Origin: Raillietiella orientalis
Taxonomy: Eukaryota
Length of the DNA: 64,000 nt
Direction: 5' to 3'
Assembly: GCA_036172245.1 (NCBI GenBank)
Contig: JAYWIR010000043.1
Location: forward strand, 1,674,001 to 1,738,000
The translations under genes were made by a program, and so were the position numbers. This document shows, one piece after another, positions 14,036 to 25,781 of the stretch (within the stretch, counting starts at the first letter, position 1; every line of letters begins with the position of its first letter). The notes beneath the pieces are model-generated. The model did no database searches. It saw nothing but the letters and a program-made list of their open reading frames with translations, and was not told where the DNA came from.

Positions 14036-15454
14036 TATGGATACCTGATTTCAGCATAGAACTCGGCATCCTAGCATTAGAAATTTGTCCAGTTAATTTC
14101 TTTAATTTTGACAACTAGTTTTCTTTACATATTGCCAATTTCATTCATGAAATTTATCAGGGCACTCTGACCATTTTCGTTGATTTTCTCCGTTTTGATA
14201 TAGTAGCACATTATCAATGCTTAGAGAACTTTCTCAAAGAAGCGATTATCATTGCATGTTTATGTAATATGTGCCGTTTATCACTATAGTTGTCAAGCAT
14301 TGGTATATTCAGGATCGTCTTCACATTTTCGTCAGGTTCGTCACATTTCACAGTCAAAACTGCTCCAATGCTGTTTAAACGCAAGTGAAAGAATAAAGTT
14401 ACAAAGCATAAATTTTTGTGGTTATTAAATGGAAACATTATGTGAAATCTGAATTTTGTATGTCAGTGAATTATGGAGATTAAATTATTTTCAAAAATCA
14501 TCCCCCAGTGTTTCATTACTGCAAATTCATCTACTGTAACGAAATTTACGATTAGTGTTCATAAATAGCATCGCTTTCGCTCTTATACCACTCATAAAAC
14601 AGATAACTTTCAAGCTCAAAGATGTCAGTGTCCGTGATTTATTTTTCTGGAACAATCAGTTGACTTGGCACAATAAGCAATTTATGTACAATATATTTCA
14701 ATATGAGTGAATGTATTTAAGACTGCAGGAGCGGAAAATGCAAATATTCAAATATTAAGTTCGAAGCAAGAACTATATAGAGACAAAGAACAGAATTACT
14801 TAGATTTCAAATTTAATAGCCTGTAAGGCTAACTTGATAATAGCAGTTTTGATAGCAACACAAGTGAAAAATGTTCATTGTAGATTATCTATTTCAATTA
14901 TAAATGATCGCAATCTCATAAAAGACAGTATACGTGCTCTATGTACTGTCATGAGTGATTGAATTCGTATGTATTGTCATCGTAGTGATGGAGTTCTAAA
15001 TAAGGCTAAAATGCTCTATCAACTTGCTTTCCAAACAGAGAAAAAGTGTTATCTAGATTGATATCCCAAAGCTTTCTTGTTCGAAGGTCAGAACTGATGA
15101 AACAATTTTTACTTTAAAAAAATTCATTGCACTGTTGACTAAGAATATGACTGTGAATCGTTTTTACGAAATTCCAATTTAAAAAACGTAGTCGACCAGT
15201 CCATTAGGCAATATTTTGAGAAAAGTTATCATATACTTCTGGCATGGCTGAAAATTTTTGAACTGATTCATCCAAGCTGATATGAATGACTACAATTTAG
15301 AATACGGTACAAACTTTACTGTAGTATTACCGAAGGCCACATGTCAAAAACCAATACATTTGAAATTTGATTTCAGTAAACAGTTGATATTAAAGAATTT
15401 CTGCACATACAATTATTGTGAGGATGACAAAGTTATTTAAAAAGCATCTGAAGA

Positions 15455-15682
15455 AGTCAACCATGTGATGCACTGAATGCATAATGTGTCTCAATGCAAT
15501 AACTGTATAATCTCTTATATATGATTAAACAGAAATATCTTAAAGGAGATACCCAAAATAATGTTATAAGTACAACAAAACTTCTGTTAAAATATAGTCA
15601 CACCTTATTTACTTCATTAAAAAGATGCACAAATTCACAACAAATTCCATGATCTCATGATGTTGGCTCATAAAATTGCTTA
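15455..15682. repeat. ~225-bp dispersed direct repeat, copy 2
   Basis: 'agtcaaccatgtgatgcactgaatgc...gatgttggctcataaaattgctta' matches 13811-14035 in the same orientation. Confidence 0.9.
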
Positions 15683-16499
15683 AATAAGGCTCATAAAGTC
15701 TTAATTCTAATACTTTTAATCTGGCGCGCTTGTGATTTTCTACAGAAAAGAAGTTCCAATTAAATTTCGATAATTATTTCTAAATCAATTTTCATTTCAT
15801 CGTAGCTAAGTGTATCTTATTAAATACTACTGTCAAGAAATTCTCATCCTAGAGCCTGTATGAATTTTGCACTTAATATTATGCATGACTCAGAATAAAC
15901 AAATGAAACTCTGAAATAAACAAAACTCAGAATTTTGCCATACTGAGTCAGATATAAATGATACCTCAAATACTTGATTTGAGAGCAAAATTTGTTTCGA
16001 TTGCATAGATACAGAATCACCGTTGTGGTGCTGATTGAAAATTCAGAACTTTATGGTTTGAATCAAATATCTCAGATCTATTAACTTTTGTTACTAAAGT
16101 TTCTATATACGTTAGTTGCAAGAATGAACTACAGATTTCCCATTACAAAATGTATAATTAAGTTTTTAATGATTCAAATCAAGTTAATTACATTGTAAGA
16201 AATATCAAGTCTTATGTGTGATTCCTACGTTCTACATATAAAAAAATTGTACATTGAAAATATCAATGTTTCCGCATTTTCATATTATTGCGTATTAAAT
16301 GTGAACCTGGTATTTCTTTTATTTTTATACTCTTCACGTATAGCGTCTAAAGTTGCCAACAGGTTTGTTGGAATTTGTGTATCCATATGAATTTCTCCCT
16401 ATGTGAGTGCTTATATTCTAAATTTGTCTGTTATCGTTATGATTTTATGTCACCCCGGGGTGACCTGTGTTCCTTTAATAATATATGTCAAAATTCATG

Positions 16500-17200
16500 G
16501 TTTGGGTAATTCATGTTTTCAGGTATATTGATGGCGTATCGCATAACATTGTACAACCAGTATTTCTGACCATACTAAAATGGTTTTATTATTCAGATAA
16601 GCCCCTTTTTTTTTCTCTAAATATGTGTTCTGAGAATTACGTAAATGCCTACAAGTATAACTTTATCGTTGTGTTTCCGCCTTTCATTTGGTTTAATTGA
16701 AGCTTTGTCTTGGCTATGTCTACTGGATAATGGTATAATTGGACTGATATAGTGGCATGGCATAACTTTAGGACACCACTGGTGTTTTTTTTACTTTTAT
16801 CTGAAGTAGGATATAGTGATTATTCAATTATGTACAATTTGAATAGAATGTATTGTCAGAAGTGCTCAGCATAAGGGAACAAATGGTAAGGTTTCAAGGA
16901 AATTGAGCATATTTTATTATTTACATCGTATTGTACTTCAACCTTTAAATTCAAGGGAATCACATGTTGAGCAATTATGAATGTGACTGGTTATTGAGAT
17001 CAAAGAAAAAATAATGAGGCAATTGGGTGATGGATGAAGTGCCACATAGGTACTTTATCCGTATGGTATGCTAATGTGGTGAGAAATTTGTAATCTTTTC
17101 ACTGTGTTAAATGATTACCGTATTCAGTGATTATTTTAGATGTAAATTAGTGTCAGAATTTAGAATTGTTTGAGATTCTAATGCAGAATTATCTTTTATT
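16500..17200 (+). mobile_element. Very old AT-rich LINE RT relic
   Basis: 'IDGVSHNIVQPVFLTILKWF' (cf. GxDGI...LxxLFN), followed by faint RGI- and QxGF-like remnants. Weak. Confidence 0.3.
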
Positions 17201-18149
17201 AGGATTTTTGATGGTGTGTGCATTTTTGGTGTTGATAAGTAATTTACATTATTGAACATATTTCATCTGCTGCAAAGGACCAAGTTTTTCTTTTGTTTAA
17301 TGAGATGAAGATTTGTGCCTTTTCAGTTATTTTATCCATTCAGTACGTGGGTATTTGATTTTCACTCCAATTTCAGATATTGAAAAATAAAAGAACATGT
17401 GAATTTCAGTTTATTTTCCGTGATGCACTATTCGTTTTATACTGGTGATCACTTGATAATGTTTCTCATTCGATTATGTCATTTTCTTTTCTTTGAGTTT
17501 TCATGTTCATGTAGATTTTATTAGTATGAAGTTTAACTTGATTTTAGTGCCATTTGATATTGTCTAACAAGTCTATTAAACAAGTCTTAAATTACTTAAC
17601 AAGTCTGTTGATTACCTTCTGTAGTTCCTTAATCACGAAGAATATTTCTGAGACAAGGTGGATGCTTGTGTTTTATGTGTACATAACATTTTTTTGTTGG
17701 TTAAAAAAGTGCAGTTCACACTACAGGCATGTTCACAAATAGCAGTACCAGTCCATGTGTTCACATAGATTTGGTCCATATCTTAACTCAAATAATGAAT
17801 GAAAATGAAACACAAAATGATTGCATGGTTAAGGTTTAAAAATTTTTCCTGAAATGACTTTCCAATTGGATAGCATATGTATTTAAGAATTAAGATGAAG
17901 GTGTTTAAGGTTAAATTGAAGTTTTCATTGATTAATTTGAATGCTTGTATGGCATTTCCAAGTGTACAAAAGCCCCCCAAAACCAATAGAATGTGTAATG
18001 AAACGGGGTCTTCCGAAGGAATTTTCCTCAGGTTGGCATTTTTTTCTCACAAATGCACGCTCTGAAGTAGAATAATAGAGGGGTAAAGCAAGTAGGAAAT
18101 CCTATTTTCGTTTTCGAAAGTCAGAAACTCGTAAACCAAGCACATTCGA

Positions 18150-19900
18150 CGACATTCACATCACTTCGTGAAGGGAGTTTGATCCGTTGGCGGAACCTTA
18201 TGCATTCACAGTAATGATGGACATGTTTGAGCGTGACATATTTCGAAAACGACCGAGGATACATTTGCCTCCGTGGAGGTAAAATAAAAAAAAAAAAAAA
18301 AAAAAATTCGTTTAACAAATCGCATTTGGGAAAGCAACGAGGCCGCTGCATCCCGAGGCCGTTTTCACGAGGATCAGTTTGGGTCGCCTCCTCCCATCTG
18401 GGAGAGAGGAAAGGCAGCGCAGCAACCGACGAGGGCGGAACTTCGTATTCGGTCGTTTTAGTTGGTCGTCGCGCTGCGAGATGTCGCGCCGGCGGCGGTT
18501 CTTCGCGGAAAGGGGGAAGGGAGGAGGGGGGGGGGAGGGGGAGCGCGTTTGTTTTCGTCCGCCGCCGCCGTGATAAGGACCCCAAACACTGAATTCCCCT
18601 CCCCCCCCCCCTTCCCGAAACACCGAAATTCCCCAACCGGGGGGGAATGCCGACTGCCGTGTTTCATGCGGTGCACAAGCGAACGCAGCGGCCGCCGCTC
18701 GGCGAGTTCACGTGCGCTTCGGAAGCGGCGGTGTCCTCGCGCGCGGTGCACCTCGCGCAAACGAAAGTGTTTCCTTCCGACGGAGGACTCTCCCCCCCCC
18801 CCCCGCAGGGCGGCCTTCCCTGTGCACGACGGACTCCCCAAACGTTTCGAGGGTGCCGTTCGCCCGGCAGCGCGACCTTCTTCTTCTGCGTAGTTCGCCT
18901 CCGAACCCGCGTGTTGCGGGGGTCCGCTGCTCTCCCCAGCGAAATGCCCTTTGCGTGGGCCCCCTTTTGTGCCTGCCGTGGACTTTCCTCAGACGCGCTG
19001 CTTGGAAATAACGTGCGGTGCGTCATGACGTGAGCTTCCCCGCCCGCCCCCCCCCCCTTTGGCCGCGGTGTTTTGGAACGGTGTGTGCGTTGGAGGAGGC
19101 GCGAATCGCGCATTTGTTTCAAAGGTTGCCTTCCGTTGTTTGTGTGGTGTTTCGTCGTGGGTTTGTTTGGAGAGCGCGCACACCAACACGTGATGTGTGC
19201 GCTCGTGGGGGAGCCGTTCCGTTTTTGTGGCTTTTTTCCCCTTTCTTTGCATTCGGAGCCGTTGCGTGGTGCGCGCATGCAAAGTGCAGGTGGGTGAGTG
19301 CCGGAAAAGTGTTCGTTCCAAGGGACGGCGTGTGATCCCACGTAAAACACCCAAACACCGTAAGCGTGCTCGCCCGAACCGCCGGTCGGATGCTTTTCCT
19401 TCCGTCCCACGGTTTCGTGATTTGCCTCGCTAACCGCTCTGCAGCTCCCGAAAAAAGGGGCCCACGGCCCTGCGGCCCTTGCGCTCGCCGGGAACACATA
19501 AGGAGTCCTTTTCTGATTTCCCTTTGGCCGCGACTGAAAACGAAGAAAACGTTGGCGCAGACTGTTGGGTGTCACCGTGGTTTTTGAATGCATTTTCGCC
19601 CCCTCCCCCCTTTTCCCCTCTCTCTCTCTCTCTCTTTTTTTTTTTTTTCTTTTTTCCATCAGTGCTAACTTTCATTTCTTTTTTCATCGTGACCCGTGGT
19701 TGATCATACTACCGGTTTGGTTGCTTTAGTCGATATCGGAATGCCAAACGCGTGCGTTCCCTCACTTTCGTTTCTGATTTTCCCTTTTTTCTTTTTTTCT
19801 TTTTTTTTTTTTTTACTTTGTTTGTGTCTTCCCCTCCCCCCCCCCCTCCCCCAGAAAATATTTCCCATGCGAAAGTGGTCCATGTAGGATTCGAACGTTG
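18150..19900. promoter_or_regulatory. CpG/GC-rich island, probable promoter and 5'-UTR region (SNIP1 and possibly a divergent transcript)
   Basis: Abrupt switch from AT-rich, CpG-poor flanks to CpG-dense sequence. G/C runs capable of forming G-quadruplexes (e.g. 18512-18541). E-box CACGTG (~18709, ~19187), an NRF1-like GCGCGCATGC (~19271), and candidate + strand donors GTGAGT (~19294) and GTAAGC (~19360). Lies about 1.7 kb upstream of the SNIP1 ATG. Confidence 0.6.
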
Positions 19901-21551
19901 TCGTTTGGCACGGTGTTTCACCGTTGGCTCGAATGGTTCATTAAGTATGTGTTATGGAAAATATCCCTGCACGAGCAAAGGGTATTTGGGTGGGGATAAT
20001 TCAGAGAGTCCATGAAGGCATTTTCGGATGTAACCTTGTGTTGAACTTACCACGAAACTCTTTAGGTACCTTTCCTTAGTACCATTGTCCCTGATAGATT
20101 ATGGAAAACTTTTATGGTAATGTTAACCACGAAAATCAATAAGTATTCGTGAAAACACGAAATCGTAAAAGTTACCGTAACTTTGAAGTGTGATTTTCCC
20201 AGGAAGTGTAGAAAACTACGTGAGCATCTCGAAAAACCGAACCGAAATTACTTCCTGGCAGCTTTTGTTTAATGTAAAAAGCTGAAAAGTGAGAATTGGT
20301 CAAAATGCCAAAAACAGAAAATAAATGCAGACATTGGTAGTGCGGCAGCGTAAAAAGAAGTCAAGCATTGAAAAGAAATTGTAAGTTTTACGTGCCCTGC
20401 AGCATTTCTTGTGTTTTGGTGCCATTTTTTCCCCATGTCTCACGACAGACACACTCTGATCCCTGTAATTTTTGCACGGTTTCAGACGCATGGTTTTGCA
20501 CACCGTTGGTGTGGAAGTTATTTGCTACATGGATTTGTTTCAAAGCAGTATGATCTCAGTAATGTAAGCACAGTTTTCCCAGCACTTTGAAGCATTGCTT
20601 AAGCATTGCTTGGAATAAAAATGATTCACTTTGCAGTTTCTGTCTTTTGAGGAATGCATTGTGTGTGTGTCAGATGGAGTGTATAGATTTTTTTGTAAAC
20701 ATTTTTGATCACAAATTCAGTGATGAAAGGTTTTCATGCGAATCAAGTTGGAAAATTTTTCAGAATCAATATATTTCAAGAATCTAGTTTGGTTACGGTT
20801 TTTCGTTTCAGCCATCATTCAGTTTTTGTTATTTAATTTTTGACTGGAATTGGAATTAAGTTGCCAATCAGTTTAAGCAAATTTTAGGTATTTATGTAAG
20901 ATTTCCCAACAAAAAAACATAACTCTGAGAGAAGATAATAAGGTGCATTTTTATTGTAATTTTCAAGCATGCTTTAAATATGGTCTTTAAATACATGGAA
21001 CAGGGTTTATATTCGATTCAAAGTTTATTCGAATTTGTGACAACACCGTTTTCAATGCAAAACTTAAAAATACAGCTTAAACAGTCTCAAAATGTGTTTT
21101 GTTCCTTTTGCTCTGCGTAGTTATTTGACTTGAATGTATTAGTCTAGTTGTGATGAATTTGTAATGTTGCAATTCATTTTGAGAAGCTCCATGAATTCTG
21201 TTCCTACATGAAATGAGTTTTTTTCTCTTTGAATCAGTATCAGTACATCGATGCTGTAATAAGTATATCGTTTTTCTTTATTTACCGATTTTTTATTTCA
21301 TAATCCTTTCGTCGAGTTTGAGTTTCATGTGGTTGAGCAGTGATCAAATTGATGTGTGTAATGCACTTAATATCAATTTCCATTTCGTGTGGATTCCCTT
21401 TTTCGTTTGATCCTTACACATTTTGCTTGTGGTTGAAAATGCATTTGTCTAATTAAAATGAATTGTAGAAAATAATTGTCCTAATACCTGTTTCTGTCAA
21501 GTTTTAGAAATATTCTGTATTTGAGGCATATGTTGCATATTATTTTGGGAT

Positions 21552-23085
21552 ATGGGAAAAAATAAAGAAAGTAAAAATCCAAAAAAGCATAGTAGCAAGT
21601 CGAAACAAAAGCACAAACACCATGTACCAAGTCATGAAAAAGAATCCAAACGATCTCAGAAGCATAAAAGGAGTGCAGATAATTTGGATAGTCATGAACA
21701 CCACAAAGAAAGCAAAAAGCTCAAGAGAGAAAAAATTGTTGAAGTAAAGAGTGAAAGGCAAAATGCCGTAATAGAAAGAGAAGCAGATTCTGATAATGAG
21801 AACAGTTGTCAGAATAAGTCAAGTAAATCAAATGTGCAAAGCAGACCATCCAGTGAAAGAGACCACAGGCACAACAAAACATCAAAAAAAGAATCTGCTC
21901 CTTTGAAATCCAAACATGACAAGAGTAATCATTCCAAGTAAGTATAATAGCATTGTTTCTTTTCTTCCTGCTACATTACAGAGCGATGGATATGCTACTT
22001 TATCATATCACAGGTCATCTGGCAGTCACTTCAATCCTAACCAGCCCATTAAGAGAGAACCAGAAAGTGATAGAGAAATTGGTTCTAACAAAAAAAGGGA
22101 AGCTCCACATAGAAAAGAGAATCTTAAACAACTGGCTTTGGATTGGGGCATAAAGCATGAAGATTCAGAAAAGGTAACATTGAACTGCATGTGCTGCATT
22201 TTTTTTTTTTTTTTATATTAATCCCCAAAGTTGTTGATGGCATAATATGGCGTGATGTTTTTTAATCCTTTTTTTTTTTGAATTACGTGCCGAATTTTCA
22301 AGAGGAAGTGTGAAATTTTTCAAGTATGTTCTTTTTAAAGATTGTTTACAAGTAGTAAACGCATGTAGTTCATGCTGATTGGGATCCAGGCATGGTGCCA
22401 TGGATACAAATGATTTGGTAAACAAGCGAAACTCTTTATGGATGGCTTTATTTATTCATTTATCTTCATAGTGATAAGCACTTATGTAACTCTTTAGTAG
22501 GTGAAGTATGTTTCAGGATGCCAAAGAGCCATCAAGAGAATTGCCCAATTTTGGAACTTCAGGACGTTTGGCTGAAGATACTAATATGTTTAATGGAGTA
22601 TTGGTTAAGTATAATGAACCCATGGAAGCACGACAACCCAAACGTAGATGGCGCCTCTACGTATTCAAAGGAGAACAGTCATTACCTACTTTGTACATTC
22701 ATCGGCAGAGCGCCTTTTTACTTGGACGAGACAGGAGAGTAGCTGACATTCCCATTGATCACCCTTCTTGCTCCAAGCAGCATGCAGGTACTCACTTAAA
22801 GGGTTGTGGTTCGTCCTTATCGTTTGTTTAGTCATACAGTTTCGTATGGTTGGTTATGAAAGAGAGGATGGCAGGCCAGCAAGACGTATCAGACCGTACA
22901 TTCTTGACATGGAATCTGCCAATGGGACCTATGTCAATAATCAGCGCATTGAATCACGTCGATATCTTGAATTATTCGAAAAAGATGTGCTGAAATTCGG
23001 TTACAGTTCGAGAGAATATGTACTTCTCCATGAGGACAGTAAGGAAGATGTTTCTGATGATAATATAGAAAATCCGGAAATTTGA
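21552..23085 (+). CDS. SNIP1: Smad nuclear-interacting protein 1 (SNIP1/Pml1-like FHA-domain protein, RES complex); exons 21552-21937, 22014-22173, 22517-22787, 22832-23085; 356 aa
   Basis: K/S/H-rich N-terminus, then hallmark SNIP1 sequence 'PNFGTSGRLAEDTN..NGVLVKYNEPMEARQPKRRWRLYVFKGE...LYIHRQSAFLLGRDRRVADIPIDHPSCSKQHA|VIQFR...RPYILDMESANGTYVNN...ELFEKDVLKFGYSSREYVLLHE'. All three introns are GT-AG and phase-consistent (386+160+271+254 = 1071 nt). Confidence 0.95.
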
Positions 23086-23106
23086 TTCAACAGTTTTTTT
23101 TTATTT
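23062..23106. terminator. Putative bidirectional polyadenylation element between SNIP1 and the TRPA gene
   Basis: Minus-strand AATAAA at 23100-23105, 15 nt after the TRP stop. Plus-strand AATATA at 23062-23067 followed by a T-tract at 23094-23106. Confidence 0.5.
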
Positions 23107-23120
23107 CATTCGCATAACGT

Positions 23121-25781
23121 TCAAAGAGGTTGGAGGACGCTTTTTCCCAAAATACGTATGTTGGTTTCAATATTCTGCATACATTTTTTTACTTCCGAGA
23201 TCTCGGCCTGCAATTGCAATAGCAAATTATCCGATTTGCTTGTTCGCTTCATCACAATCGCGAACGCTTCTTTAATGCAGCTGGAAGGTAGGGAGAGAGC
23301 GCACTGACAGGGAAGTTTGATTTTTTTGTAACTCCGATTTGGGTACGTGCGCAATTTGTACTCTGGAAAGCAGTGGCGGAAAAGCAGTATTCTCGTCGAG
23401 AAGTAAGACACGAGCTGATGTATGGGCAGCCAGTGTTTCAGGACCCGGCAGGGCGCGAGCTGGGGTAGCCACTTGAATGGCGGATAATTTGCCAAAAAAC
23501 TGAAGGGGTCACCCAGCAGCATCGCCTCCAAGTACGAAACGAGATCGACCAAACCGAGGAGGCCGAAGACTTTGGCCTCATCTCTGATCGCCTGAGTGTC
23601 ACTAACGGCTAACCCCGTCAAGAGGTTCATCAACACGATAGGGATGAGAAAAAGGAAAGCAGCAAATATCAGCTGTCCGACGGGGGTCTTTTCCTCCAAC
23701 GGCATCTCGGAAAAATCGAACTCCCCCGTCATCATCACCAGAGTTTTCATGAGGGCTGAGTGCAGCGTCGCGAAGGAGTTTTCGGCAACGAACAAAATGT
23801 GGAAGCTGAAGGCGAACGCCAGCAAGAGGACGGCATACCAGGCGATAAAAATCAGAAAGTTCACGCTGACAGTAAGAAACATGCGGACGTGGATGGAAAA
23901 GCGAGGGTGACGCCCGAACAGCATTACCAATTCGGCCCAAGTGAATAACAGCAGCAGCGCTGCCAGCCCTCTCTCGGACACCCCATTGTGAACGTCGAAG
24001 ACGACTGCCGCGACCAAGGAGATGATGCACCACTCGAGTAAATTCTCGACCAGGAAGAAATACCGAATCGGCGACACGATCATCTGGAACACTTCGCGTA
24101 GGGCCAGAACCACGGTGAGCACCAGGATGAAGTATCTCAGCACGCCCATTGCGGACGAATGGGGGTGTCCTTCCCCTGCGGCGTCTGCAGTCAAGTTTTC
24201 CGCGTGTACTTGCTGATTTTTTTCGAACTTTGCCATGACAAACGCTGTTAGTAAGGCCACGAAGGCGATGAAAAAGCAGCAGTTGATGAGGAAGTATTTT
24301 TTCACCTTGCTCCACTTCAGGTGAAGGAAGCTGACGATAATGGGATGCTTGAATAGCTCGCGATGGGTTTTGTGCTGGCTCATGTACCAAAGGCACTCGG
24401 TTTCAGGAAAATTCGAATTCTCCGGTATCTCCGGGGGAACCAGGAAGCTGTAATCGAACGTGAGTTCCAAATCGTCGCTGTTGAATTCGTTGTCGTTTGT
24501 TTCCAAGCATTCATCCAAGAACTCGTGCAGCACATCCGCCTTTATCCGAGAGATGGGTCTGTCACCTTGGTTGTTCTTTATTCCGAAGTTGGCTCTGTGT
24601 TTCAGCAGCATTTTGATGGCTTTGTGCGTGCCGTACAGCACGGCGTAGTGCAGCGGGGTGTTGCCGAGGCAGTCTTGCGAGTTCACGTCCAGGCGGCTTT
24701 CCTCGTCGTGGCCGAGCAAAGTTTCCAAGCACTTCTCGTAGTCCGTCTGCCTGTCGCGGACTTCAGCCTTGTGCTGCCGTATCACTTTGTGCAAGGGCGT
24801 GTCCTTGCGGTTATCTGTGCAGTTTATGTCTGCGCCGTATTCCAAGAGCATCTTCACGAGAGCGTGGTGGCCGCCTTCCGCGGCGTAGAGCAGCGGGTGG
24901 GTGGGGTTGTTGGCGCTCACGGCATTCGGATCGGCTTTGTGCTGCAGCAGCAGCCTGGCAAATTCGTCCAAACCCTTGTAACACGCAAACTGCAGGCAAG
25001 TGAACCCTCCGTGAGGCTTGTTCAGGTTCAGATTCCCACCCTCAATGATCATCTCGAACCTCAGTAAGTCCAAACTTTGCAAGGCCATGTGCAAGTCCGA
25101 TTCGTTTGCCTTCGGAAGCTGGTGGCCCGCTTTCACGGCCACGGTGGGAAACCGCTCCTCTATCAAGTTTTTCAGGGGGACGCCATCAAGCAGTTGGGTT
25201 GCATCTGCACCCATTGATAGCAGGCGTTGGACCATATCTGGCGACTGCCTGCTGACTGCTATATGCAAGGGAGTCCATCCCTTGTTGTCAAAGACATTTG
25301 TTTCGAGTGATTTGGTGCGCAAAAGCACCGTCAAGCATCTTTGGACGTTATGCTTTTCGATTAAAGTAAGATCCTTATCGCAGCAACTGCTTACAGCGAT
25401 ATGTAAGGGCGTTCTTCCGAATTCGTTTGTTCGATTCATGTCGGCGTCGTTCTCTATCAGCAGTTTCAGCATTTTGAAGTTTCCGCTTTCCACTGCCAGA
25501 TGCACCAGGGCGCATCCTCTGCTTTGTACCCATTGATTGGGATCAGCACCGGCTTCGAACAGGATTCTGGCGAAATCTTCGAAACCATCACTCGCGCAGA
25601 TTATTTCCAAGCATAGGGCGCCGTCTCTCCGCAGTTTATTCGGATCGGCGGTTTTTTCCGCTGCCGCGATGTCCGCAAACGCCGTCAAATCTTTGCGCAG
25701 CAATGCAGACTGCAGGTCACTTGCAAGGTCATCGAAACAGAAACTCCGGGCATGGCAAAGAAGATTTTTAGCTCCTGCCAT
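23121..25781 (-). CDS. pain: TRPA-subfamily cation channel, painless-like (about 8 ankyrin repeats + 6 TM); 886 aa from the first in-frame ATG
   Basis: Uninterrupted ORF with ankyrin repeats (GRTPLHIAV, GWTPLHIAV, GNTPLHYAV etc.), linker 'FLDECL...FDYSFLVPP', 'KHPIIVSFLHLKW', S5 region 'MFLTVSVNF', pore 'KTLVMMTGEFDF' and S6 'NLLTGLAVSDTQAI'. From recall of the family, the LAVSDTQxI signature and about 8 ankyrins fit painless better than pyrexia/waterwitch. A splice acceptor (ttttcctcctgtag) ends at 25796, just upstream of the ATG. TRPA identity is firm; orthology needs a tree. Confidence 0.88.
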   Translation of the reverse strand: MAGAKNLLCHARSFCFDDLASDLQSALLRKDLTAFADIAAAEKTADPNKLRRDGALCLEIICASDGFEDFARILFEAGADPNQWVQSRGCALVHLAVESGNFKMLKLLIENDADMNRTNEFGRTPLHIAVSSCCDKDLTLIEKHNVQRCLTVLLRTKSLETNVFDNKGWTPLHIAVSRQSPDMVQRLLSMGADATQLLDGVPLKNLIEERFPTVAVKAGHQLPKANESDLHMALQSLDLLRFEMIIEGGNLNLNKPHGGFTCLQFACYKGLDEFARLLLQHKADPNAVSANNPTHPLLYAAEGGHHALVKMLLEYGADINCTDNRKDTPLHKVIRQHKAEVRDRQTDYEKCLETLLGHDEESRLDVNSQDCLGNTPLHYAVLYGTHKAIKMLLKHRANFGIKNNQGDRPISRIKADVLHEFLDECLETNDNEFNSDDLELTFDYSFLVPPEIPENSNFPETECLWYMSQHKTHRELFKHPIIVSFLHLKWSKVKKYFLINCCFFIAFVALLTAFVMAKFEKNQQVHAENLTADAAGEGHPHSSAMGVLRYFILVLTVVLALREVFQMIVSPIRYFFLVENLLEWCIISLVAAVVFDVHNGVSERGLAALLLLFTWAELVMLFGRHPRFSIHVRMFLTVSVNFLIFIAWYAVLLLAFAFSFHILFVAENSFATLHSALMKTLVMMTGEFDFSEMPLEEKTPVGQLIFAAFLFLIPIVLMNLLTGLAVSDTQAIRDEAKVFGLLGLVDLVSYLEAMLLGDPFSFLANYPPFKWLPQLAPCRVLKHWLPIHQLVSYFSTRILLFRHCFPEYKLRTYPNRSYKKIKLPCQCALSLPSSCIKEAFAIVMKRTSKSDNLLLQLQAEISEVKKCMQNIETNIRILGKSVLQPL

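Noticed and set aside
18664..19659. 331-aa minus-strand ORF
   Set aside because: Lies in the GC-rich island, begins in a low-complexity purine tract and has no recognisable domain. Overlapping ORFs in several frames indicate stop-codon scarcity.
21938..21981. Alternative SNIP1 intron-1 acceptor (ttacag at 21981)
   Set aside because: It leads to a stop at 22151-22153, whereas the acceptor at 22013 keeps the frame.
23272..25536. Several 60-264-aa ORFs overlapping the TRP CDS
   Set aside because: Alternative-frame or antisense shadows of a GC3-rich coding sequence.
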